Source: an uncultured bacterium
Lineage (GTDB): Bacteria > Zixibacteria > MSB-5A5 > JAABVY01 > JAHJOQ01
Assembly: GCA_965369655.1 (NCBI GenBank)
Contig: CBDUQR010000002.1
Location: forward strand, 33,857 to 97,856
DNA: 64,000 nucleotides
Direction: 5' to 3'
Part shown: positions 47,677-56,045 of the stretch, one piece after another
How positions within the stretch are numbered: the stretch's first letter is position 1
Layout of the letters: every line of letters starts with the position of its first letter
Translations under genes and position numbers: made by a program
The notes under the pieces: model-generated
Told to the model about the DNA's origin: nothing
What the model saw: the letters and a program-made list of their open reading frames with translations, nothing else
Databases searched by the model: none

Positions 47677-48550
47677 CAGCAGCCGCGGACTCATCCCGGT
47701 AGATTATCTGGTCCTTGGCTACCTGATTCTTACAAGCACACTTTTTATCGTCTCAGATTGTGCTGCTTCCTGTCGAATTGTATGGCTCGGATTCAATGCA
47801 GCAGCGGCAGTGCTTGTTCTGATTCTCAGGAGAATCGACCTGCGAGCATCCGGACGCGGCGTCAGATGGCTGCGAGAATACTATCCCGTCCTGCTGTTCA
47901 CATTCTTCTATGAACAGACCCAGCCCTTAATTGACGCGTTCAGTTCAGGATGGCTCGATGCTCAGGTGGTCGAGTTCGAGATTGAGCTTCTCGGATTGCA
48001 GCCCTCGCTTGTGGTGGAGAGGTACTTCAGCCCGCTCCTGAATGATGTCATAATTGGGTGCTATGTTTCGTACTACCTTTGGCTGCCTGTGGGACTGCTG
48101 TACTTTCTGATCAGGAGTGATGAGAATACCGCTGACCAGGTTCTCACGGCGGCGACCATAGTATTCTTCATTTCATATGCGACCTTCGTTCTCTACCCGG
48201 TCGAGGGGCCGAGATACCATCTTGCAGGTCTGTTCGAAAGAGACATGGTCGGGTACATCTTCGTGCCACTGGTCGGACAGATCATGGATACTGCGGCAGT
48301 ACATGGCGGTGCCATGCCGTCGTCTCATACAGCAACCGCGCTGATCGTGCTTGTGGGACTGTTTCGTCGGTCAAGACGGCTTGGAATTCTGCTTTTGCCT
48401 GTCTTCCTCGGTCTGATGATCGGATGTGTCTGGGGGCGATTTCATTATGTATCCGATGTCGCTGTCGGGATCGCCATCGCGATTCTCGCGGAATGCCTGA
48501 CGAGGCTCATATTTGCCAGAGGATGGTTGGGAGCGCGCCGACTGCTATAA
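47651..48550 (+). CDS. PAP2-superfamily membrane protein (lipid phosphatase or inositol-phosphoryl transferase-like)
   Basis: PAP2 motifs C2 and C3 are present (PSSHTA; GRFHYVSDV) in a protein with 6 TM helices. It overlaps the rsmI end by 26 nt, so the start is uncertain. Confidence 0.7.
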   Translation: MSKETPANSSSRGLIPVDYLVLGYLILTSTLFIVSDCAASCRIVWLGFNAAAAVLVLILRRIDLRASGRGVRWLREYYPVLLFTFFYEQTQPLIDAFSSGWLDAQVVEFEIELLGLQPSLVVERYFSPLLNDVIIGCYVSYYLWLPVGLLYFLIRSDENTADQVLTAATIVFFISYATFVLYPVEGPRYHLAGLFERDMVGYIFVPLVGQIMDTAAVHGGAMPSSHTATALIVLVGLFRRSRRLGILLLPVFLGLMIGCVWGRFHYVSDVAVGIAIAILAECLTRLIFARGWLGARRLL

Positions 48551-48606
48551 AGTTGTTGATCGATCGATATAACATGAGTATCATCCTGCCTGTTTGAAAG
48601 GACCGC

Positions 48607-49422
48607 ATGTATCCTGAGATAGTCAAATTAGGACCGATAGTTATCCGCTCGTATGGATTGATGTTGGCGTTGTCGTTCTTTGCTGGTGTGCTGTTGGTGA
48701 GATATCGAGCAAAGAAGATCGGCGTCAATCCCGAGTTTGTGGTGAATTTATCGTTTATCGTCATTATTGCAGGAGTCATCGGGGCAAGGCTGTTCTACGC
48801 ATTTTATCACTGGTCGGATTTTGCCGGAGATATGCTTGATATCTTCAATCCTTTCGGATCATCTGAAGGTTTTGGAATTGCCGGTCTGAACATGCAGGGT
48901 GGATTGTTGCTCGCATTTCTGTCGGCTGTCGGTTACTGCCTGATCAGGAAGCAATCGATTGCGGTAGTATTCGACCTGTTTGCTCCGGCGGTCGCCCTTG
49001 GGATATTCATCACCCGAATCGGATGCTTCCTCAATGGCTGCTGCTTTGGTACGGAATGCGATTTGCCGTGGGCGGTTCGTTTCCCGGAGGGGAGTATTCC
49101 GAATTCGCACCTTGGCGATGTTTACATACATCCGGCGCAGTTGTATTCGTCGCTTTACGGGCTTTTGTTGTTTTTCATTCTGTCTTTTGTCGAAAAGAAG
49201 AAGACTTTTGTGGGATTGACATTCTCTCTGTTTCTCATAATCGAGGCAGTGTTTAGATACGCGATAGAATACGTTCGCTACTATGAGTATCAGATGAAGG
49301 TTGAGCTTTTCGGTGTGATGTTTACCTACAATCACATTGTCGCGATTCTGATGTTCCTGGCTGGCTGGGGATTGCTTCTATTCTTTCGCGCAAGAGTCGG
49401 ATCGAAGACACCTGCCGTTTAG
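48607..49422 (+). CDS. lgt: Prolipoprotein diacylglyceryl transferase
   Basis: Lgt signature blocks are present (GPIVIRSYGLMLALSF…RLFYAFYHW…) in a protein with 7 TM helices. Confidence 0.85.
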   Translation: MYPEIVKLGPIVIRSYGLMLALSFFAGVLLVRYRAKKIGVNPEFVVNLSFIVIIAGVIGARLFYAFYHWSDFAGDMLDIFNPFGSSEGFGIAGLNMQGGLLLAFLSAVGYCLIRKQSIAVVFDLFAPAVALGIFITRIGCFLNGCCFGTECDLPWAVRFPEGSIPNSHLGDVYIHPAQLYSSLYGLLLFFILSFVEKKKTFVGLTFSLFLIIEAVFRYAIEYVRYYEYQMKVELFGVMFTYNHIVAILMFLAGWGLLLFFRARVGSKTPAV

Positions 49423-49660
49423 ACAGTAGGTCAAGCTCACTTGGAGCTTGACTCTTCACACGTCACGCCCCTCTTCGTCAAACTCAAGACAGAGCAAGTG
49501 GGCATGTTTGTGGGCGGCAGACGTCCTCGTCTGCCCCATCCAGCGTTGACATCGGCAGATGTGGACATCTGCCCCGCACAAGTAGGTCAAGCTCACTTGG
49601 AGCTTGACACTTCACACGTCATGCCCCGAGTGGGCATGACCTACTACTCTGCGACCTAAT
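49423..49660. repeat. Highly structured intergenic region: two ~46-bp direct repeats of a family A element plus several perfect hairpins
   Basis: The direct repeats are 49426-49471 and 49581-49626 (GTAGGTCAAGCTCACTTGGAGCTTGAC(T/A)CTTCACACGTCA(C/T)GCCCC). The second is completed by GAGTGGGCATGACCTAC. Perfect hairpins are GGCAGACGTCCTCGTCTGCC and GGCAGATGTGGACATCTGCC. Confidence 0.5.
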
Positions 49661-50002
49661 CTAATAACCCGAGATGTACCGCCATTCGACTTTCTCTCCG
49701 CCATGCAGCATATACTTGTCGGATGCTATTGTGGCGGTAGTGTCATTCACGAAGTAGAGCCAGTATGCTGATCTCGTGTTGGCTGTGCTATCGATGCTTT
49801 TGACGAACACGCCTGAGGGAGATGAATCATATTCAACTTCGTGATCTGATCTGAGAAGATCGAAGACTGAGATACCGGATGAGTCGGGTAGAGCAATTGT
49901 ATGGATAGATTCCTTGCCAGATTCTGAAGAACAGTTAACCAGCAAGAGAGTTGTCAAGATCAGGAACACGGCGAGAACGAACTGTCGGGTTTGTTTCAAC
50001 AC
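49661..50002 (-). CDS. DUF4430-like secreted lipoprotein
   Basis: It has a signal/lipobox (LLVNCSS). The pattern VFDLL…VEY…GVFVKSID…YWLYFVND…GEKVEWRY matches DUF4430. Confidence 0.5.
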   Translation of the reverse strand: MLKQTRQFVLAVFLILTTLLLVNCSSESGKESIHTIALPDSSGISVFDLLRSDHEVEYDSSPSGVFVKSIDSTANTRSAYWLYFVNDTTATIASDKYMLHGGEKVEWRYISGY

Positions 50003-50298
50003 AGAAGCAGGTTACCTGTTTCACGTCCTGAGAACAAGTTTGAAAGTTGAGGTCAAATCTCGGAGTCCGCGAAGCGAACGGAGAGACTTGACAATCCTTT
50101 TTCCTTTTCGCGCTTCGCGCAAGATGTCGAAACCACCCTTCGCAGGCTCAGGACAGGTAAAGGTTTCGACCTACTCAACTGTCAAGACGTTAAATAGTTA
50201 TGAGAACTGACATGGGTTGTTCGGGACGGCGAAACAGCTTGACGTTATGTTTTGAGGCTCGTATATTTCTCAACTTAATGGAAGTGGTGTTAGCTAGT

Positions 50299-50901
50299 AT
50301 GAATTCTGATTTAAGAGCAGCATATGAATTGAAATCGCAGTATTTCGGACGATTCTGTCTGAAACTCGGGCTGACGCCCAATATGCTTACGGCTCTCAGC
50401 CTTGCTCTCAGTGTTGTTGCAGGCATTGTCCTCTGGAAAGATTACCTGATATGGGGCGCTGTATTTATCCTGCTCACCTCCTTCGCCGACATGCTCGATG
50501 GCGCTACCGCGCGAGCCGGCAAAATGGGGACCGTGTACGGCGGCATACTGGATCATGTCTCCGATCGATACGCCGAGTTTTTTATTATAGCCGGGATACT
50601 TCTTTCACAGCGTGTTCATGCAGGTTGGGCGTTGTTCGCTCTTTTTGGAATGATAATAGCATCGTACACGAGAGCGGCAGCGGAATCGATCGGCAAGATC
50701 GAGAACTGCGAAGTAGGGGCTGTCGGAAGGCTCGAAAAATTCACTATGATAATCGTCGGGCTTATCATGGAAGAGTTGTTCCCAGGATACTTTATCCTTG
50801 CCGGCGCTCTGGTTATTGTCGGAGCCGTTTCATACGTGACATCGATTCAGAGGCTCAGATTCACCAAGAAGGCGTTGCGTGAAAAGGGAGATGGTCGATG
50901 A
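50299..50901 (+). CDS. CDP-alcohol phosphatidyltransferase (probable phosphatidylinositol-phosphate synthase)
   Basis: The CDP-OH_P_transf motif is present (DMLDGATARAGKMGTVYGGILDHVSDRYAEF…), equivalent to D..DG..AR..8..G..LD…D. It is followed, with a 4-nt overlap, by a kinase and MIPS. Confidence 0.75.
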   Translation: MNSDLRAAYELKSQYFGRFCLKLGLTPNMLTALSLALSVVAGIVLWKDYLIWGAVFILLTSFADMLDGATARAGKMGTVYGGILDHVSDRYAEFFIIAGILLSQRVHAGWALFALFGMIIASYTRAAAESIGKIENCEVGAVGRLEKFTMIIVGLIMEELFPGYFILAGALVIVGAVSYVTSIQRLRFTKKALREKGDGR

Positions 50902-51815
50902 TTACCGCTGTCGGAAATCCGGTCTACGACACAATCGAAACTCCATTTATTAGGACCGATGGCAGGGTGCTCTCGGGATGCTCGACGAATTTCTGCCTTG
51001 CGCTCGCAAAACTCGGAGTCGGTTCGACGCTGGTGGGCAATATCGGTGGAGAATTCAAAGATAAGATCGTATCCGATCTCGATGGTTTCGATATCGTACG
51101 CACACTGTATGACTCTGCAGAGAGCGGAGGCTTTGGCCTGCGATACTTTGGGGATCATGGCGAGCGCGAACTGAAGCTTCTTGGTGATGCGGGTTCGATC
51201 GACAGTTTCCCGGAGGAATGTGTCGGCAGCGATTTCGTGGTATTCGGACCGATTCTCGGCGAGGTGGACCTTGCGTATATCAAGAACGTGAAGGCCGTGT
51301 CATCGGCGCAGATCGTGCTGGACCCGCAGGGGATTTTGAGGAATCACCGGAACGGTATTATATTTCACGAGAAGAAGGACGAGACCGAGGAATTGATCGG
51401 GCTTTGCGACATCGTGAAGCCGAACGAACTCGAATGCGAGGTTCTGACCGGAATCGATCCACGTGTCGATGCGAGAAGACCGGCTGAAATAATCAAATCG
51501 TGGGGGCCGAAAATTGTCGTGATAACGCTCGCGGAACTCGGTTCGGTCGTATATGACGGGGCGGATTTCATCCCGATACCGGCGTACGAGACCATCGCGA
51601 AGGACTCGACCGGCGCCGGTGATACATATATGGCAGGTTTTATATACGGATATATCAAGGGCTGGGATCTGCGCAGGTGCGGCTGCATGGGAGCGGCTGT
51701 TGCCAGCGTGATGATCGAACATACCGGTCCCGATTTTCCACTTGTTCTGGACGAGACTCTGGAGAGACAGCAGAAGCTCCTGAGACTCAACACTGAAATT
51801 GAATCTTTGAATTAG
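50898..51815 (+). CDS. PfkB-family carbohydrate/polyol kinase
   Basis: It has the ribokinase-fold N-terminus ([10 protein letters not shown]) and C-terminal anion-hole/ATP motifs ([16 protein letters not shown]). Confidence 0.75.
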   Translation: MITAVGNPVYDTIETPFIRTDGRVLSGCSTNFCLALAKLGVGSTLVGNIGGEFKDKIVSDLDGFDIVRTLYDSAESGGFGLRYFGDHGERELKLLGDAGSIDSFPEECVGSDFVVFGPILGEVDLAYIKNVKAVSSAQIVLDPQGILRNHRNGIIFHEKKDETEELIGLCDIVKPNELECEVLTGIDPRVDARRPAEIIKSWGPKIVVITLAELGSVVYDGADFIPIPAYETIAKDSTGAGDTYMAGFIYGYIKGWDLRRCGCMGAAVASVMIEHTGPDFPLVLDETLERQQKLLRLNTEIESLN

Positions 51816-51829
51816 GGAAGGGAGATTCG

Positions 51830-52993
51830 ATGGGCAAAGTACGGGTTGCTATAATCGGCGTCGGAAACTGTGCCTCATCATTCGTGCAGGGAGTGCACTA
51901 CTATCGAAACGCGTCGAAGGACGACTTTATCCCGGGCTTGATGCACGTCAATCTTGGCGGGTATCATATCTCCGACATCGAGTTCTCGGCAGCGATCGAT
52001 ATAGACAAGAACAAAGTCGGCAAGGATATCTCCGAAGCGATTTTCACTGCGCCGAACAACACTTTCAAATTCACCTCTGTACCCAAAACGGGTATAACGG
52101 TGCAGCGCGGAATGACGCACGACGGTCTCGGTAAGTATCTATCCGAGATCATCGAGAAGGCTCCCGGAGACACGGTCGACATTGTGAAGCTTCTCAAAGA
52201 CACACGCACCGACGTTGTGGTCAACTACCTGCCTGTAGGATCTGAGGAGGCGACCAAGTGGTATGTAGAGCAGATACTCGACGCCGGGTGTGGGTTTGTG
52301 AATTGTATCCCGGTGTTCATCGCCCGAGAGCCATACTGGCAGGAGAGATTCAAGAAGAGAAAACTCCCCGTCATCGGCGATGATATCAAGTCGCAGGTCG
52401 GCGCTACCATCGTGCATCGCGTCCTGACAAGACTTTTCCGTGAACGTGGAGTCAAACTCGAACGGACGAGCCAGTTGAACATTGGCGGAAACACAGATTT
52501 CCTGAACATGCTCGAACGCTCGCGCCTCGAATCGAAAAAGATATCCAAGACGAATGCCGTGTTATCGCAGCTCGACTATGACATCGGGAAAGACAATTGC
52601 CATATCGGTCCGTCAGACTATGTCCCGTGGCTGCTCGATCGGAAGTGGGCGTATATTCGCATGGAAGGCCGCACGTTTGGTGATGTCCCACTGAATATTG
52701 AGTTGAAGCTCGAGGTATGGGATTCACCTAACTCGGCCGGCGTCGTCATCGATGCCGTCAGATGCTGCAAGCTTGCGCTTGACAACGGTCTTTCCGGCGC
52801 GATGGAGGCTCCGTCGTCATATTTCAAGAAGTCCCCGCCGATTCAGTTCTACGATGACGAGGCACGCAACATGACCGAGGAGTTTATCCAGAAGTACAGC
52901 GGAAAGACTAAGAAATCGGTTCCGAAGAAGCGAACTCCAAAAACCCGGAAGACGACCCGGGAAAAAACATCGGCTCGTGCAAAGAAGAAATAG
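51830..52993 (+). CDS. ino1: myo-Inositol-1-phosphate synthase (MIPS, archaeal/bacterial type)
   Basis: It has an NAD-binding N-terminus ([22 protein letters not shown]) and a conserved catalytic core (…[14 protein letters not shown]…). A Lys-rich C-terminal tail is unusual. Confidence 0.85.
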   Translation: MGKVRVAIIGVGNCASSFVQGVHYYRNASKDDFIPGLMHVNLGGYHISDIEFSAAIDIDKNKVGKDISEAIFTAPNNTFKFTSVPKTGITVQRGMTHDGLGKYLSEIIEKAPGDTVDIVKLLKDTRTDVVVNYLPVGSEEATKWYVEQILDAGCGFVNCIPVFIAREPYWQERFKKRKLPVIGDDIKSQVGATIVHRVLTRLFRERGVKLERTSQLNIGGNTDFLNMLERSRLESKKISKTNAVLSQLDYDIGKDNCHIGPSDYVPWLLDRKWAYIRMEGRTFGDVPLNIELKLEVWDSPNSAGVVIDAVRCCKLALDNGLSGAMEAPSSYFKKSPPIQFYDDEARNMTEEFIQKYSGKTKKSVPKKRTPKTRKTTREKTSARAKKK

Positions 52994-53038
52994 GAATCAG
53001 GAAAGGCAGCTTGACCGCTGCCTTTCGTTTGAGGGATT

Positions 53039-53689
53039 GTGCGGAAAGGCGCTCTGATAACTCTTGAGGGGATCGACTATTCGGGTAAGTCGACCCAGGC
53101 GGATATTCTCGTCAAACGGCTTCGCGATCATGGCGTGGATGCCATACTAATTCGAGAACCGGGAGGCACTGATCTATCCGAGAGAATTCGCAATATCCTG
53201 CTCAGTCGCGGCGAGATAGAAATCAATCATCGGGCGGAACTTTTCCTGTTTCTGGCTGCCCGCGCGCAGCTTGTCGATTCTGAACTGCGACCATTGCTTG
53301 ACTCAGGTGAAGTCATAATCTGCGACAGGTTTTTCGATTCCACGATCGCATATCAAGGCTATGCCAGAGGTGTCCCGGTCGATCTCGTCCGGACGATGAA
53401 CTCTTTCGCGACAAAGGACCTCGACCCGGACCTTACGTTGCTCTACGATCTTCCTGTCGATGCCGCTCGGGAAAGAGGTCGTAATTCCAACAATGCGCCT
53501 GATCGACTCGAACGGGAAGAGCGGGAGTTTCACCAGAAAGTCAGAGACGGGTACCTTGCGCTTGCCGCAGAGCATTCTGACAGGATCAAAGTTATTGACG
53601 CTGCCGTTGATGTTGACAGCATCTCTGCCAAGACATGGGAACTAACGCGACATTTGCTGGAGCGACAGGGCATTGCACTCCGGGGATAA
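53039..53689 (+). CDS. tmk: Thymidylate kinase
   Basis: GTG start. It has a P-loop (LEGIDYSGKSTQ), DRY-like motifs (ICDRFFDSTIAYQG) and a lid region. Confidence 0.85.
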   Translation: MRKGALITLEGIDYSGKSTQADILVKRLRDHGVDAILIREPGGTDLSERIRNILLSRGEIEINHRAELFLFLAARAQLVDSELRPLLDSGEVIICDRFFDSTIAYQGYARGVPVDLVRTMNSFATKDLDPDLTLLYDLPVDAARERGRNSNNAPDRLEREEREFHQKVRDGYLALAAEHSDRIKVIDAAVDVDSISAKTWELTRHLLERQGIALRG

Positions 53690-53705
53690 CGTCAACCGCA
53701 TTCGG

Positions 53706-55322
53706 ATGCTCAGGGCGATCTTCTGCCCCGCTATTCTCATACTGCTGATACTGTGTGTCCTGATCGCTGTCGGAGACCAGAGATATCGAAGTGCGCGGTT
53801 TCTTGCCGCATCTATCGCCCTGGTCAGCGCCAATTCGAGCGAAGATTTCGGACCGGAGGATATATTCAATGCGTCGTGGAAGGGAATGAAAGATATCCTC
53901 GATCCGTTCACCAGTTTCATACCAGCGTCGTCATACCGCTATGTGGACGAAGAGAACCGGGGGAGTTTCGAGGGAATCGGCGTAGAGATAACCGTTCGAG
54001 ACGGCCTTGTCACGGTAATCAGCCCGATAGCAGGATCGCACGCCGAGGAGGTCGGCCTGAGACCCGGAGATCAGGTAATCTCTGTAGACTCGGTGGATGT
54101 CGCCGGGATGCCTGCGGAAGAAGTGACCCGGATGATACGCGGTCCGGCAGGCACGACAGTACTCCTCGGCATTCGTCGTCCCGGCTTCGGAGACGATATC
54201 GAAGTCGCGGTCGAGCGACGGCGTATCGGGTTGTCGAGTGTGCCGTTCAGCGGTGTTGTCGATTCGGTCGGTTACATTCGTCTGACAAGGTTCTCGCTCG
54301 GCACACCGTATGAGATCAACGATGCAATCGACAAACTGACCGCTCAGGGGATATCTTCGCTGATTCTCGATCTTCGCGGCAATCCCGGAGGGTTCATGTC
54401 GTCCGCCGTATATATCGCGGAAATGTTTTTGCCTGAGGGTGAAGTGGTCGTGGCGACGCGAAGCGCGCGTCGGTGGGAGAACTACACTGTGCGTTCTACT
54501 GACAACGGCCTGCTTGTCGATCTGCCGCTCGCAATACTTATCGATGCTGGCTCGGCGTCCGCTTCGGAGATTGTCGCAGGCGCCCTGCAGGATCACGATC
54601 GTGCGGTAATAATCGGTGACACGACATTCGGCAAGGGACTCGTTCAGACGAATCTGATGCTCGACGGGGGCAATGCGTTCAGAGTGACGACCTCGAAGTA
54701 TTACCTGCCATCGGGAAGGCTCGTGCAGAGATTCTCGGACAGAGACTGGGGGCGTCACATCGCTGTGTCGTCTGAAGAATTAGATGCCGCGTACAGGACA
54801 ACAGGGGGCAGGAGTGTCTACGGCGGCGGTGGAGTGGCTCCCGATGTGCCGTCCGTCCGTTCCGGCATCAACTATCTCTCATCCGCGCTGGCCTACGGCA
54901 GCTATTTCTTTAGATTCTCTGTGGATTATCGAGTGCTGCATGGCGACTCGATTCCCATCGAAGTAGGCAACACCGTCCTGCAGGACTTCCGCGACTATGT
55001 AAACGATAAGGGATTCGTTCCTCCTAATCCATTCCTCAGGGCGATAGACAATCTTGAGCATGAGCTTGACGGGATCGACTCGGAATTGATTCGTGACAGG
55101 ATCAATGCCATGAAGCGTACGGCTGAGTCTTTCGTCGAGCAGGAATGGATTGAGGCTGAACCGTTCATCGTGCGGCGTCTCAGGGAACGTTTCGCCAGGC
55201 AGAGTGGAGGTATCGAGGAAGTGTATCTTTCGTGCAGGCTCAGGTATGACTCTCAGATACTCACGGCAATTGACCTGCTCGAAAATCGCGAACTGTACGA
55301 CAGACTGCTGAAGGGGGATTAG
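53706..55322 (+). CDS. S41-family C-terminal processing peptidase with PDZ domain
   Basis: It has an N-terminal TM/signal sequence, a PDZ domain (GIGVEITVRDGLVTVISPIAGSHAEEVGLRPGDQVISVD) and a catalytic region (ILDLRGNPGG…SASASEIVAGAL…TFGKGLVQ). Confidence 0.8.
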   Translation: MLRAIFCPAILILLILCVLIAVGDQRYRSARFLAASIALVSANSSEDFGPEDIFNASWKGMKDILDPFTSFIPASSYRYVDEENRGSFEGIGVEITVRDGLVTVISPIAGSHAEEVGLRPGDQVISVDSVDVAGMPAEEVTRMIRGPAGTTVLLGIRRPGFGDDIEVAVERRRIGLSSVPFSGVVDSVGYIRLTRFSLGTPYEINDAIDKLTAQGISSLILDLRGNPGGFMSSAVYIAEMFLPEGEVVVATRSARRWENYTVRSTDNGLLVDLPLAILIDAGSASASEIVAGALQDHDRAVIIGDTTFGKGLVQTNLMLDGGNAFRVTTSKYYLPSGRLVQRFSDRDWGRHIAVSSEELDAAYRTTGGRSVYGGGGVAPDVPSVRSGINYLSSALAYGSYFFRFSVDYRVLHGDSIPIEVGNTVLQDFRDYVNDKGFVPPNPFLRAIDNLEHELDGIDSELIRDRINAMKRTAESFVEQEWIEAEPFIVRRLRERFARQSGGIEEVYLSCRLRYDSQILTAIDLLENRELYDRLLKGD

Positions 55323-55364
55323 CCGACGCGACTCACTCGATTGAGGATCGGCTATGGATTGATT

Positions 55365-56012
55365 ATGGGATTCTCGCTGTTTATCGATTTCGACGGTACG
55401 ATTGCGGTTCAGGATGTCGGGAACCGACTGTTCACCGCATTCAGCGGCGGCAGGAACTATGATATTGTCGAGAGGTGGAAACGCCGCGAAGTAACCTCGG
55501 TGGTCTGCCTGACCAAGGAGGCGGAACTGATTTCGGCGAGCCGGTCGGAACTTGTCGACTTCGTTTCCCAATTTGAGATTGACGAGGGGTTCGGAGGACT
55601 CTGCGACCTGTGCAGGGAGAACGATATTCCCGTCATGGTAATAAGCGACGGTCTCGATCTGTACATACACGCCATACTGGACAGGCACGGATTCGGCGAC
55701 ATACCGGTGATGTCGAATCGAGCGGTCTTCGAGAATGGACGGCTCAGGATCGAATTTCCACAATTGGATCACTCCTGCGGATTCTGCGGAAACTGCAAGG
55801 GTTCGGCAATCAGGCGGCTGACTCGCGACGTTGACAAATCGATTTTCATCGGCGATGGCTACTCTGATCTCTGTGCGATCGATGTCTCCGATTATTTGTT
55901 TGCTAAGGCGGATTTGGCGAACTATCTTGCGCAATCAGGCAGGGAGTTCATACCGTATGAAAACCTTTGTGATGTCACAGAGCGAATCAGAAGAAAGATT
56001 CTTGCCGATTAG
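55365..56012 (+). CDS. HAD-superfamily hydrolase, subfamily IB (MtnX/PSP-like)
   Basis: It has motif I (FIDFDGTI), motif II (…VISDG) and motif IV (IFIGDGYSDLCA). The start is ambiguous (TTG 55341 or ATG 55365). Confidence 0.65.
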   Translation: MGFSLFIDFDGTIAVQDVGNRLFTAFSGGRNYDIVERWKRREVTSVVCLTKEAELISASRSELVDFVSQFEIDEGFGGLCDLCRENDIPVMVISDGLDLYIHAILDRHGFGDIPVMSNRAVFENGRLRIEFPQLDHSCGFCGNCKGSAIRRLTRDVDKSIFIGDGYSDLCAIDVSDYLFAKADLANYLAQSGREFIPYENLCDVTERIRRKILAD

Positions 56013-56045
56013 AAGTGTTTCCGCCGAAAGAGAGGATACCCGGAA

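Noticed and set aside
49426-49626. Two 46-bp direct repeats separated by ~110 bp, considered as a minimal CRISPR array
   Set aside because: There are only two copies. The repeats are parts of a larger palindromic element family also present at 46865-46936, and there is no leader or cas context.
53931-54758. 275-aa minus-strand ORF
   Set aside because: It is antisense inside the S41 peptidase gene.
54879-55934. 351-aa minus-strand ORF
   Set aside because: It is antisense across the S41 peptidase 3' end and the HAD hydrolase, both of which have clear catalytic motifs. It has no recognisable domain and a low-complexity Arg-rich composition.
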